In this document: positions 37,320 through 52,588 of the stretch, one piece after another
Layout of the letters: every line of letters starts with the position of its first letter
Position numbering within the stretch: position 1 is the first letter of the stretch
DNA from: Octopus vulgaris
Taxonomy: Eukaryota
DNA length: 64,000 nucleotides
NCBI GenBank assembly: GCA_951406725.2
Contig: OX597814.1
Coordinates: 192,820,001-192,884,000 of the forward strand
Reading direction: 5' to 3'
The notes under the pieces: model-generated
What the model was told of the DNA's origin: nothing
Databases searched by the model: none
What the model saw: the letters and a program-made list of their open reading frames with translations, nothing else
Position numbers and translations under genes: made by a program

Positions 37320-38350
37320 TTGGTAGAATCGTCAGTGTCAGATAAAGTGCCTAGCGGTGTTTCTTCCACCTCATTACGAAATGAGTTCAGACTTTTCTGA
37401 GGTCAACTTTGCCCCTCTCCCTTTCGAGGTCAATGAAATAAAGTACCAGTTAAGTACTGGGGTCAATGATATCAATTGACTACCTCCTCCTAAAACTACT
37501 GGCCTTCTGCCAAAATTGGAAACAATCATCATCATCATCATCATCATTTTCAAAACCACCACCACCACCACCACCACCACCACCACTACAAGTAGTATTT
37601 GGTTGGTACATTATTTCATCGATTCCAGAAGGATGGAAAGCAAAGTCGACTTTGTCGGAATTTGAACCCGGCTTCCGGTCGTACATTTTAAGGAAAAGTT
37701 TTACAGTGCATTTAAATCAACCTCAGTACTTATTTTACCATCCAAGAAAAGACAGGTATTAGAGTCAGCTTCAGTGGAATTTGAAACCAGAACTTATAAA
37801 TAACGTAACTAATTACTTCACTCTACTGGATATTCTGTATCCCTATTAATTCGTCTACCCGCGTTCTCGTACCCGATAATCATGGGGGTTTAATGGGTTT
37901 CACTTGGTTAATAACGCCATTGGCTGAAGACCAAGAAGAAATCATGAAATATATTAGGTATTGTTTGGTCACCTGTACTTGGCACGAGATACTGTCAGAA
38001 GCACAGTTGAAACAATGAGATAATTGTAAGATGTCGCTGCTTCTTCTACGAAACTGTCTTTCAGACAGGAAATTTACCGGAAATGTTTTAAATAGAAGAT
38101 CGAGTTTCACTAGATTTGAATGTAGTTATTTGTTCGTGCTTCGTTTGTTATTAATGTAGTGGAAATTTAGAATGATGTCATGGTTAAGAGAAGGTTCAGT
38201 GTAGATGATTGATATGGCGGCGAAGTTTTAGCTTACTGCTTAATAATAACAGTCTCTAACGTAGATACAAAACCATAAATTCCTTTAGTAGGAGGAAGAT
38301 AGCCAGTTAAATTGACACCAGTATATGATCTGTACTCATTTTACCGATCC

Positions 38351-38484
<134 letters not shown>

Positions 38485-38682
38485 GGGAAGGTATAAATAA
38501 TGGACTTTATATATTCCATTATTCTTGCAAATTCGACATACATCTGTTTCCGATAATCATTATAAGTTCGTTCATTGATCTGCTTATTCAATCAGCCAAT
38601 TGATCAGTTAAGAGAAATTGAACGTTAACCCCCACCCCCGCTAAAACACCCAACTAATACTATCTTCATCGGAGTCGTAGTT

Positions 38683-38757
<75 letters not shown>

Positions 38758-39045
38758 CCTTTTAAAACCTAGCCAGGCTCATGGGCCCGGTTTCCCGGTT
38801 TCAATGGCGAATGTATTCCCCAGCTGGACGGGACGCCAGTCCATCGCAGCGTTACTCATTTTTGTCAGCTGAGTGAACTGGAGCAACGTGAAATGAAGTG
38901 TTTTGCTCAAGAACACAACGCATCGCCCGGTCCAGGAATCGAAACCACCATCTTACGATCATGATGCTGACAACCTAACCACTAAGCCACGCTCATCCAC
39001 ACACATATATATATATATATATATAATATATAATATAATATGTAA

Positions 39046-39135
<90 letters not shown>

Positions 39136-39520
39136 CATGTATGCATACATACGTATGCTGATAGATAATATTCAAACGGATACAAAAAACGGCGTATTAT
39201 AAAAAAAATGTGTCCCTCTTTTGACATTCTCGCTGGCAGAAATATACTGAGTCTGTCTATTGGGAGCCTGTAAGCATCGAGGCTATTGTTCGCAAGCTGC
39301 GATATGAAATAAATGATGTCAAATGGTGTTCATTGATTATGTTATATTTCAGCAGAGCCCAATCTGTTACAAACATTCTAAACATGTCTCTTGTTTGGGG
39401 ATATTACAATCTTCCTTTCCACTCACTTACGTCTAGTCACGGATGGCCTGTAAGGTCACGGTCGTTGACCAAGCATTGAAATATTAATATCTCTATCCGT
39501 CTGTCTGTCTGCCTGCCTGC

Positions 39521-40869
<1,349 letters not shown>

Positions 40870-41320
40870 TATCTAATAACCTGTTCCCCTGTCTGTCTGT
40901 CTGTCTGACTATATGGTTAAGAAACTCGCTTTCAGGTTCAGTCCCATTACGCAGCACCTTGGGCAAGTTGCTTTGGGACAGATTAATGCATTGAGAGTGA
41001 ATTTGGTAGCAGAAATGTGTGTGGAAGTTCGTCGTACACACTCACACATATACATATACGCACTCATATATACACACATAAACACACGCACACACACACA
41101 CATATGTATGTTTGTGTGTGTATGTATTTTGCGTCGGTGTTTGTTCCACTCTCTCCGCTTGACAACCGGTGTTGGTTTGCTTACATCTCGATAACTTAGC
41201 AGTTCGGCAGAAGAGACTGATTGAATACTACCATCTTTAAAAAAAACGTAGTACTGGAGTGATTTGTAAGAGTATATCTTTCAAACGCTGGCTGCAGTCC
41301 AATAAGTGAAACAAGTAACA

Positions 41321-41401
<81 letters not shown>

Positions 41402-42320
41402 AGATAGCTTGATCAATCGACAGATAGATAAATAGATCGATAAGTAGACAGACCGATATTAAATGAAAGAAAGGATTTATAATCCGGATGAATACGAATT
41501 AAGCTCTCTGCACACGAAGATTCACCAGGCTGTCAAGGTAATCCATATTTAACAAACTGTCACCAGTCCAGTTCTTAACTCCGAGGTTTGGTCACCAAGT
41601 AGAATTGATATGTTGTTACAGAGTAATATAGAAAAATGTACACAAATAATTGATATTCATGAATTCTATTTGAGTTTGCTTACAAGTGTTTCTCAATAAA
41701 ATTTGGAGAAGCCTTGTTTCCTTGTGCGAACATCACATTTGCCAATTGATCCATAGTTGGTACTGAGCTGGCAGAATCGGCGAGCTGGCAGAATCGTTAG
41801 CACGCCGGGCGAAATGCTTAGCAGTGTTTCGTCTGCCGAAATGTTCTGAGTTCAAATTCCGCCGAGGTCGACTTGGCCTTTCATCCTCTCGGGGTCGATA
41901 AATTAAGTACCAATTACGCACTGGGGTCGATATTACCGACTTAATCCGTTTGTCTGTCCTTGTTTGTCCCCTCTGTGTGTAGCCCCTTGTGGGTAGTAAA
42001 GAAATAGGTACTGACCAAATACAAGCTTAAAATAAATAAATAATTACTACTGCTGCTACCATTTTGGTCAAATTCCTTATTTCGTAGTATGTTGAAGCAG
42101 CGATGAAGATAAAGGAACAGGTCCGTTCTCTTCTTTATTCAGTCGATTGATTAGGGATCGATTAATAAATGTATTTATTTCGTTTGAAAGGAGTGGCTGT
42201 GTGGTAAGTAGCTTGCGTGACACCTTGGGTAAGTGTCTTCTACTATAGCCTCGGGCCGACCAAAGCCTTGTGAGTGGATTTGGTAGACGCAAACTGAAAG
42301 AAGCTCGACGTATATATATA

Positions 42321-42429
42321 GGGAGAATTCACAAAAAAGACAAAAGACGAAGCCAGGTGGTGTAGACAACAAATAGATGTATTAGTTTTAAAAATCGGGA
42401 AGTGAAAAAGTCTTTAACGTTTCGAACCT

Positions 42430-42430
<1 letters not shown>
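42321..42430 (-). mobile_element. pLTR fragment truncated within the HHR stem II
   Basis: Matches 25902-26013; retains only ...TAGGTTCGAAACGTTAAAG of the ribozyme. Confidence 0.65.
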
Positions 42431-43093
<663 letters not shown>

Positions 43094-44076
43094 AAAAGTC
43101 AAAAATATATATAAACTGGGACAAGAACGTGAAACACCTAGAAGACGACACAAGAACCACAGGACACGGGACATTCGAAGCCCTCGCGCGTGTGTATGTT
43201 TCCCTCCTCTCTCCTTCTCTCTCTCTATATAGATACATAGATTGGTATAACTATGTATGTATATATGTACACACACACGCACATACATAAAAGTTAAGAG
43301 GGAAGGCTTTACACTGGGCCTCGGTGTCTAGCAAGAAAAAGGTATCCTCGAACCAGAGGCCTGTTTTGAATGTTTTTTACAGAGTTGACTCTGTTAAAAG
43401 AGCTGAAGGTGCCAGGTGACAACGTTAAACCGGGTGACGGATTAAACCCACCTAATATGTAGTCCATGGCGGAATTTGAACTTAGAATGTAAAGAACAGG
43501 AACAAATACCACAAGCCATTTATTTCAACATTCTTGCTGTCCCACTATTCCACCGATGTGGATTAGAACCTTTTTTTTTTATCAAACCCAGTTTATATTT
43601 GTAGTGTTCATGTTCTATTGAAAAAAAGAATGGTTTGTTACGATAATGATTTCTACAATAGGTAAGAGGCCTGAATTCTTTTTGTTTTTGGCGGGGCTAG
43701 TTAATTACATCGCCCTCAGTGCTCAACTAGTTCCTATTTTACCAGCCCTGAAAAGATAAAAAGCAAAGACGACCTCAGCGGAATTCGAAATCAGAAAGTA
43801 AAGCCGGGAGAAATGCCACTAAACATTTCGCCCGGCGTGCTATCGCCTTTGCAAGCCCTCCACCGTAAATCTGTTATGATAATTATGATCAATACTCAAG
43901 GATTCTTCAATGATAAGTTTGATAAGCTTAATAGATTTATTTGGTATAAAGTTATCTAGAAGTAAACTTGACGTCAGCGAGATTTGAACTCAGAAGAGTA
44001 CAAGGAGACCGGAAGAAATATCATGAAGCGTTCTATCTGACGCTCTACCGACTCTCCTAATTCGAAGCCCAAAATA

Positions 44077-44594
44077 TTGGGTCGTCCGGAAAGTTCGTGC
44101 CGATTTTTAAAGGAAAGATAAAGGTCAATAAATGCTTGCCATTAAATTTTTAATCAACCAATTATGAACCATTTTGTTGCACAATGCATCTCCATCTTTC
44201 CTTTAACTTGAAAATGCCATTCTCCCCAGAATTGAAGTGGTTTCATAGCAAAGAATTCATCAAGGTATCTTTGTACGGCATCCAAGGAATTGAAATTTTT
44301 ACCATTAAGACTATTCTGCAGAGAATAAGTGGAAATGCGAAGGAGCAATATCTGGTGAATATGGAGGGTGGGTAACACATCCCAGCCGAGCTACGGCAAT
44401 TTTTGTCTGGTTCCCAAAGCATCAAATGCCGAAAATGAACCTTCTTATATTCCATTTTAAAGGGTTACAAAATTAATACAGGTTATAGGAACATAAACCT
44501 TCTTCCACATCCTATTTTATGGACTCAACCATGTTCTAAAATAAGTTGAAAGGTAAGCTACTATAAATCGGCACGAACTTTCCGGACAACCCAA
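44077..44594 (-). mobile_element. Internally deleted mariner
   Basis: TA|TTGGGTCGTCCGGAAAGTTCGTGCCGATTT ... AAATCGGCACGAACTTTCCGGACAACCCAA|TA; remnants MEYKKVHFRHLML, HPPYSPDIAP and SLQNSLNGKNF. A solo end is duplicated at ~45343-45428. Confidence 0.9.
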
Positions 44595-44877
44595 TATTAT
44601 CCTGATCCACTCACAATTTTACAAATAACACTGTAACATTGCTATACGAATAAACCCAACGGATAATCATGTAAATGTACATCTACATACACTTGATGTT
44701 TACATAATTGGATATATGGCACCAAGTATAAGTATTTGGTTACATGTACACACGCACATATACTCGCTCTGCCTAATTTTCTCATTATTTTCTCAATTTA
44801 TTGTTCTTTAAATTCTATCTGTAGATTGCATTGTTTTTTACCCGATAACTGATAACCCAACTATATTTTATATATAA

Positions 44878-45274
44878 CTAGCAGTATCGCCCGGCGTTGT
44901 CCGGGTTTGTAAGGGAAATAACTATATAAGCATTTTTAGAGAGTTATAGCCAAAAAATAGCAAAAAAATGCATTAAAAATGGAAAAAAATGATGGTAAAT
45001 TTTTTAAAAAATCGTTGACTCATCGTAGACATTTTTAGAGAGTTGCTTCTCTTATATAATAGCGAAAAAAATGCATTAAAATGGAAAAAATGATGGTAAA
45101 TTTTTTTAAAAATCGTAGACTCATCGTAGACGCGCGCTAATACCCAGAAGGGCTCGATATGAATCACGACTATAAGATACCCGGTTTTGGTTAAAGTGCA
45201 CCGCAAAATGTGGGAGTAGTTAGGAATCTAAATCGTAGGAGACAGACACACAACTTCACTTTTATATATAAAGA
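44878..45274 (-). mobile_element. Helitron, same family, with an internal ~100 bp duplication
   Basis: Reverse-complement match; the AAAAAATGCATTAAAATGG...CTCATCGTAGAC block occurs twice. Confidence 0.9.
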
Positions 45275-45799
45275 TTATACTCCACATGTCTTCTTCCACG
45301 AAAAGATAGCTTAAACTGTGCTCTAAAAGGAGATGTAGTCAAATCCTATTTTATGGACTCAACCATGTTCTAAAATAGGTCGAAAGGTAAGCTACTATAA
45401 ATCGGCACGAACTTTCCGGACAACCCAATAAAATACTTCACAAGTCGCTCTCCAGAGATACTCTCCAGGTTGCGATCTTATACTCTACACATCTTCTTTC
45501 TCTCATCACCTGGTCTTATTTTATTTAAACATCATTTCCTTTTATATTTCATTGTTATTCTCCTCATATTCCTATAACAATCTAATTAGTAGGATGATAT
45601 GAAGAAAGTTCGAGAAGAGATATTACTTTGCACCCAAGATCAAAATAGCTCTTTTTAATCTATATACAAGTAAACATACTACTTTTTTTTTTATCCAAAC
45701 GTTCTGAAGCTAAATATGGACCATTGAGATGTAACCTAGTTTCATTCTGCAACGCTTGCTGAAAAACAAAACTCATTTGCCTTGAACACAACTTCAAAT

Positions 45800-46625
45800 T
45801 AAACTACACACACACATACACATACACACACATGCTTATACTTACTCAAAGGCAAACACATACGTATATACTGTGTGTGTGTGTGTGCGTATTCATGTAT
45901 GCTTCTGTGTTTGCATATCTGTATATAAAGAGAGATGCATAGACGTAGATATACGTAAGTGCAGTACATATATACATAAGATAGAGAAACACACACATGC
46001 ATAAACAGACAGACATTCGCACACATGTATATCTGTATGAGTGTATGTATGTGTGTGTACATACATACATACATACATACATACACACACCAAAAATATA
46101 TACATGTATATATACGTATATGTATATATGTATACATATATATATGTACATATATGTATATATGTATACATATATATATGTACATATATATGTACGTATA
46201 TATATATGTACGTATATATATATATATATATATATATATTTACATATATATATATGTATGTATATATACGTACATACATGCATGCATATATGTACATATA
46301 AATATATACATGCATACACACATGTACGTATATATATATATATATATATATATACATACTTGTACATATATATACACATACATACATACATACATACATA
46401 CATACATACATACATACATACATACATACATACATGTACGCATATATAAATACATATATGTACGTGTAGATATATATATATATATATATATATAAGCGTT
46501 TCCTAGCGTTACATCTATGTGTGTGTATACATACATGCACGCATATATACCTAACATTTACATTAAGACACACACATACATACATATGCGTGTGCATGTA
46601 TATGTATATATGTGCTTACACATAT
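45800..46625. repeat. Compound TA/CA/TACA low-complexity tract
   Basis: Direct inspection. Confidence 0.9.
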
Positions 46626-47675
46626 ACCTTCTACAGAAATGACTAGAAAATACATTTTTTTTTTGCAGATTTAACACTTAATGGCAGCTCCTACAGTGGA
46701 TTTTGGTAAAATTGAAGCACGGGCAGTCAGGAAGTTCCTCTTTTTGCAAGGCAAAGGAGCGGTGGGAATCCATGGCGAGATGAAGGGAGTCTTGCACCAC
46801 CACCACCACCACCACCACCACCATCATAAGAATAATATCCCTTTCTATTAAAGGCAGAAAGCTTAAAATTTTTCGGGAGGGGACTAGTCGATTACATCGA
46901 CCCCAGTGTTTCATTGTTATTTAATTTATCGATCCCGAAAGGATGAAGGGCAATGTCAACCTAGGCGGAATTGAGCTCAGAACGTAAAGAGCTGGACGAA
47001 ATACCTATTTCTTTACTACCCACAAGGGGCTAAACACAGAGAGGACAAACAAGGATAGACAAACGGATTAAGTCGATTACATCGACCAGTGCGCAACTGG
47101 TACTTAGTTTATCGACCCTGAGAGGATGAAAGGCAAAGTAGACCTCGGCTGAATTTGAACTCAGAACGTAACGGTAGGCGAAATACCGCTAAGCATTTCG
47201 TCCAGCGTGCTAATGATTCTGCCAGCTCGCTGCCTTAAACAACAACAATAACAACAACAACAATAATAATAATAATAGTAATAATAATAATAATGGTTTC
47301 AAATTTAGCCACAAGTGCTGCAATTTTGGGGAGGGGATGAGTCGATTACATCAACCCCAGTGTTTCGCTGGTACTTAATTTATCGACCCCGAAAGGATGA
47401 AAGGTGAAGTTCACTTAGGTGGAATTTGTACTCAGGACGTAGCGGTAGACGTAATACCTATTTCTTTACTACCCACTAGGGGCTAAACACAGAGAGGACA
47501 AACAAGGACAGACAAACGGATTAGGTCGATTACATCGACCCCAGTGCGTAACTGGTACATTTTTAATCGATCCCGAAAGGATGAAAGGCGGAATTTGAAC
47601 TCAGAACGTAGTGGCAGACGAAATACCGCTAAGCATTTCGCCCGGCGTGCTAACGTTTCTGCCAGCACGCCGCCT

Positions 47676-47736
<61 letters not shown>

Positions 47737-47737
<1 letters not shown>

Positions 47738-48006
47738 ATCTAAAAACAGAAACAATTCCTATCATAGTAGGTGCATTAGGCATGATAAAAAAATATTCAG
47801 ACAAATACATAACAAAAACACCAGGACTTACAAACACATATAACATACAGAAAATTGCACTACTAGGCACTGCACACATCCTACGCAGAACACTTTCCAT
47901 ACAATAACCATCAGAGCATCACAACAAATCACAGCACATACCCAAGGCACACAGAGCTGCGCTCGGTAGTGAAGTGAAAGCACGCTATAAAAATAAAACT
48001 ACTGAA
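47737..48006 (+). pseudogene. R4/Dong-like (RLE) non-LTR retrotransposon 3' end in a trinucleotide microsatellite
   Basis: IPIIVGALG...IQKIALLGTAHILRRTL; lies between (TAC)n and (TAA)n, matching Dong targeting of TAA repeats. Confidence 0.8.
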
Positions 48007-49093
48007 TGATAATAATAACAATAATAATAATAAAAAACAACTATTGTTGTTGTTGTTGTTGTTGTTATTATTATTATTGTTATTAATATTATTATTATTA
48101 TTACTCATTTTGTATTCTATAACTCTTTTCCATTTTCTTTATATAGTTTCCTGTTTTGATTCGAAAAACCCATTCATTTCTTACAACTATTTTTATTCAT
48201 CGCCTTTCCTTTTCATCTTCTAAAGAAATGAATGAGAGAGAGAGAGAAAGAGAGAGAAGTAAGAAAATTTTATTTGCATCGTTTTTAAACCGTTTTCACT
48301 AATTATATTTTAGTCATTATTTTTTTTTTATTTTAGTCGTTTTGTATTGAAGCGAACTTTTCACGTAAGTAGACGCATCTTAAACTTATTTAGATACGTT
48401 TTAATTATAAGAATCGAATACAATCTTATCTTTAGTTGCTTCAGGATTTTCTAAGTTTCACCAATTACTATTCTGATTAATTATTTGGTTTTATCATATA
48501 TCATTATTAATATTATCATTTTGTTTTTTAGCCTAAGAATATAACATTTCGAAATGCCATTTTCCACGTAAATAATTCTTCTGCAAAATAATTTAATTTC
48601 ATTTTCAATAAAGATTTTATTTTCGTGTGTGAATAACGACTGATTTATTCCCCAGAACTAAAAGAGAAGCAAAAATGGAACTATATTCCAGATATTTCTC
48701 TGAAATAGTAGCAATCTTTGAATTCTAGCGATGAACTAAAAGAGAAAATATGAATATTTTTTTATCCTGATGAGATCGTAGTTTTGTTATGAGTAAGGAC
48801 ACTGGATCAGAATAGGATCCAATTGTGCTTTGTTTGTAATTTCATGTTTAATGGCAGCTGAGGGAAGATAAGGCTGTGGAGTTACTGTGAAACTGTATAA
48901 TGCATCAAAAATACCTTTTCTTTTTTCTTTCTTGTTTCTTTTTCTTTTTTTTTTTAGACATGGTTCTAAAGAAATTTATTGTACTACAACAATATTTGAG
49001 AACTGCGAGGAAACTGTTTTTATTCATTAACGCATTCTTATGAAATCTGTAGAGCAATCAAATATAACAGTGAAAAATGAAAAAAAGGAAACA

Positions 49094-49111
49094 TAAAATA
49101 ATAATAATAAT

Positions 49112-49144
<33 letters not shown>

Positions 49145-49163
49145 AATAATAATAATAATAATA

Positions 49164-49210
<47 letters not shown>

Positions 49211-49214
49211 GATG

Positions 49215-49249
<35 letters not shown>

Positions 49250-49297
49250 AATGATAATGATAATAAAATAATAATGATAATAATGATAATGATGATG

Positions 49298-49339
<42 letters not shown>

Positions 49340-49398
49340 TAATAATGATGATGATGATAATAATAATAATAATAATAACAATGATAATGATAATAATG

Positions 49399-49454
<56 letters not shown>

Positions 49455-49558
49455 TAATAATGATGATGATGATGATAATAATAATAATAATAACAATGAT
49501 AATGATAATAATAATAATAATGATGATAATAATAATAATAATAATAACAATGATAATG

Positions 49559-49606
<48 letters not shown>

Positions 49607-49632
49607 TAATAATGATGATGATGATGATAATA
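49094..49632. repeat. Compound (AAT)/(GAT)/(AAC) microsatellite
   Basis: Direct inspection. Confidence 0.95.
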
Positions 49633-50901
49633 AAAGCAACTTAAAAATAGAACTAAACCAATTTCTTTCGAAACAAGTATCTCATGAATTTCATGAATAA
49701 GATGTGACCAATTCAGAAATAACAAAGACAATCCTAACTTTCCTCTACCGCTTAGAAATATAAGGATTATAGTTTGAAAAGAGCTGAGGAAAGAATGACA
49801 AAGCCCGCCTTAAAGTGGGGGGAAAAAATCAGAGAGAGAGAGAGAGAAAAAAAAAAGCACAAAGGAGAAACTGAGAAAATTTGAAAATAACATGCCTTCA
49901 GGAAGTAAAAGTATGGGAATCCTTAAAAATTTGCGGTAAAAGAAAATGAAGTATCGAAAGGTGTGGATCTGTTGTTTGACGTCGTCTTTTGTTTGATTTT
50001 TGTATTGAATTTTTTTTTTTTTTAGGTGTGGCTGTGTGGTTAAGAAGCTCGTTTTGAAACCACGTTGTCTCCGAGGTTCAGTCCCATTGCAAGGCTCTAT
50101 GAGCAAATGTCTTCTACTATAGCCTGGGTCAGTCAATGCCTTGTGAGTGAATTTGGTAGACGGAAACTGAGTATATCCATCGAATACCTTTCATCTTTTA
50201 CTTGTTTCAGACATATGGACTGCGGCCATGCTGGAGCACCACCTAGAAGAATGTTTAGTCCAATGGATCGACTACAGTACTTTTTTCTTTTATTTTAAAC
50301 TTATTGTATCGGTCTTCTCTGCCAAACCGCTAAGTTATGACGATGTAAACAAACCAACACCGGTTATAAAGCGGTGGTGGGCCACACACACACACACAGA
50401 CACACACACACACACAGACACACACACACACACACAGAGACACACACACACACACAGACACACACACGCACACACATACACACACACATACGATGGGATT
50501 CTTTCAGTTTTCGTTTACCAAATCTACTCACAAGGTTTTGGTCGACCCGAGGCCATAGTAGAAGACACTTGGCCAAAGTACCACGTAGTGGGACTGAACC
50601 CGGAACCATGTGGCTGGGAAGCAAGCTTCTTATTTCTTTATTGCCCACAAGGGGCTAAACATAGAAGGGGCAAACAAGAACAGACAAAGGGATTAAGTCT
50701 ATTACATCAACCCCCAGTGTGAAACTGGTACTTAATTAATCGACCCCGAAAGGATGAAAGGCTAAGTCGACCTCGGCGGAATTTGAACTCAGAACGTAGT
50801 GGCAGACGAAATGCTGCTAAGCATTTCGCCAGGAATACTAACGATTCTGCCAGCTCGCCGCCTTAAGCAGAAAGCTTCTTACCACACAGCAGCGCCTGTC
50901 C

Positions 50902-50960
<59 letters not shown>

Positions 50961-51042
50961 CAGAAGTACCTCGGTTTTCGAACAACTCTGATCGCGAATA
51001 AATCGTGCGTCATACACACACACACACACGCACACATATATA

Positions 51043-52243
51043 TAATGTGGGACAGGACCGCTTTTGGCAGTAATTACAGCTTAAATTCTACGAGGTATGG
51101 ACTCGTACAAAGTTTGAATTGTTTCCAAAGGAATTTTTTTCCATTCTTCAGCCAAAACAGTCTCCAGTTCTTGTAGTGATGATGGTGGAGGATATCGACT
51201 CCTTACTTGCTTTTCTAAAATGCACCATAAATGTTCAATAATATTGAGATCTGAGGACTGTGGTGGCCAGCTAAGATGTTCAACTTCATTAGAATGTTAC
51301 TCGTGCCATTCAGCAACAACTTTAGCTGTGTGAATTGGTGCATTATCATCCTGAAAGATCGCGTTTCCCTCCGGAAACAGTTCCGCAACCATAGGATGAA
51401 TTTGATCAGATAAAATGCTTAAATAGTCTTGACTATTCATTCTGCCATGAAGGGAAACCATTGGACCGGCGGATTTCCAAGATATAGCCCTCCAGGTCAT
51501 CACAGATCCTCCTTCATGTTTAACAGTTTGAAGTCAAATGCTTCTTTTGGCTGTCTCCACACATATCCTCGGCCGGTGGTCGGAAATAAGGTAAAGGATG
51601 ATTCGTCCAAAAAAATAACATTCTTCCACTGCTCTAGGGGGCCAATTCTGTAGGTTTTTACTCCACTCTAAAAGCTTTGCAACGTTTGTTTTTGAAAGTA
51701 GTGGTTTTCTGATTGCAGCCCTCCCGTGAAATTCGGCTTTGTGAAGCTCCCGGCGAATAGTTTTTGTGGAAACTGGGTTCTAGAGGTGGTCATTAAGCTC
51801 TGCAGTAATTTTGGGAGCTGTACATTTGTGATCCTTTCTAACAACTCTCCTAAGAGTCCGACGATCCTTATCTGAAAGTTTTGGTTTTCTTCCGCAGTTT
51901 TGTTTCCACGAGGAGGTTTTTCCCTCTTTCTCAAAGGCTGTCATTACTTTCGAGACAGTACTTCTTGATACACCAAACATTTCGACAGTTTTAGTTACGC
52001 TGGCGCCTGCCATAAGAGCACCAACAATTTGACCAATTTGAAAGTCCGATAGATCTGTCATTTTAATGAATTTTAATTACCTTTTTCTGATGATATCTGA
52101 AAAGAAACAGCAATTTTAGCAAAACATATTAAGCAACACTAATCAAAAAAGATAAGAATAAACAAGTTTTCGATGGTTTTATAGATATTTCAAAATTATG
52201 ATGCTATGATGCTAGGTGTTTCCAATATTTCGTCCAATCCCTG
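51043..52243 (-). pseudogene. Tc1-family transposase pseudogene with 5' terminus; 3' TIR lost
   Basis: MTDLSDFQIGQIVG, GRKPKLS, VIFLDES, FQDDNAPIH, WPPQSSDLNIIEHLW (DD34E) with stops and frameshifts; TA|CAGGG terminus at 52243. Confidence 0.9.
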
Positions 52244-52313
52244 TATAATAATAATAATAATAATGATAATAATAATAATAATAATGATGATAATAATAAT
52301 AATAATAATGATG

Positions 52314-52347
<34 letters not shown>

Positions 52348-52390
52348 GTGACAACAAAAGAATGAGACCTCGATACTAGGTAAATAGAGG

Positions 52391-52461
<71 letters not shown>

Positions 52462-52465
<4 letters not shown>

Positions 52466-52588
52466 GTTTAGGACAATCAGTAAGTTGTCATAATAGTACT
52501 TGAAGTTTCAAATACCGGAGCTAAGAGTTACAATGCATTTGAAACTCCGAGTACTATTATAACAACTTACTGATTGTCCTAAACTATA
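52462..52588. repeat. Inverted repeat with 52-bp arms and a 23-nt spacer, inside a microsatellite
   Basis: 52462-52513 vs 52537-52588, 3 mismatches. Confidence 0.9.

Noticed and set aside
38660-38686. GAAAC...CCGATGA on the minus strand as a permuted hammerhead
   Set aside because: No room for stems I and III and no NUH triplet.
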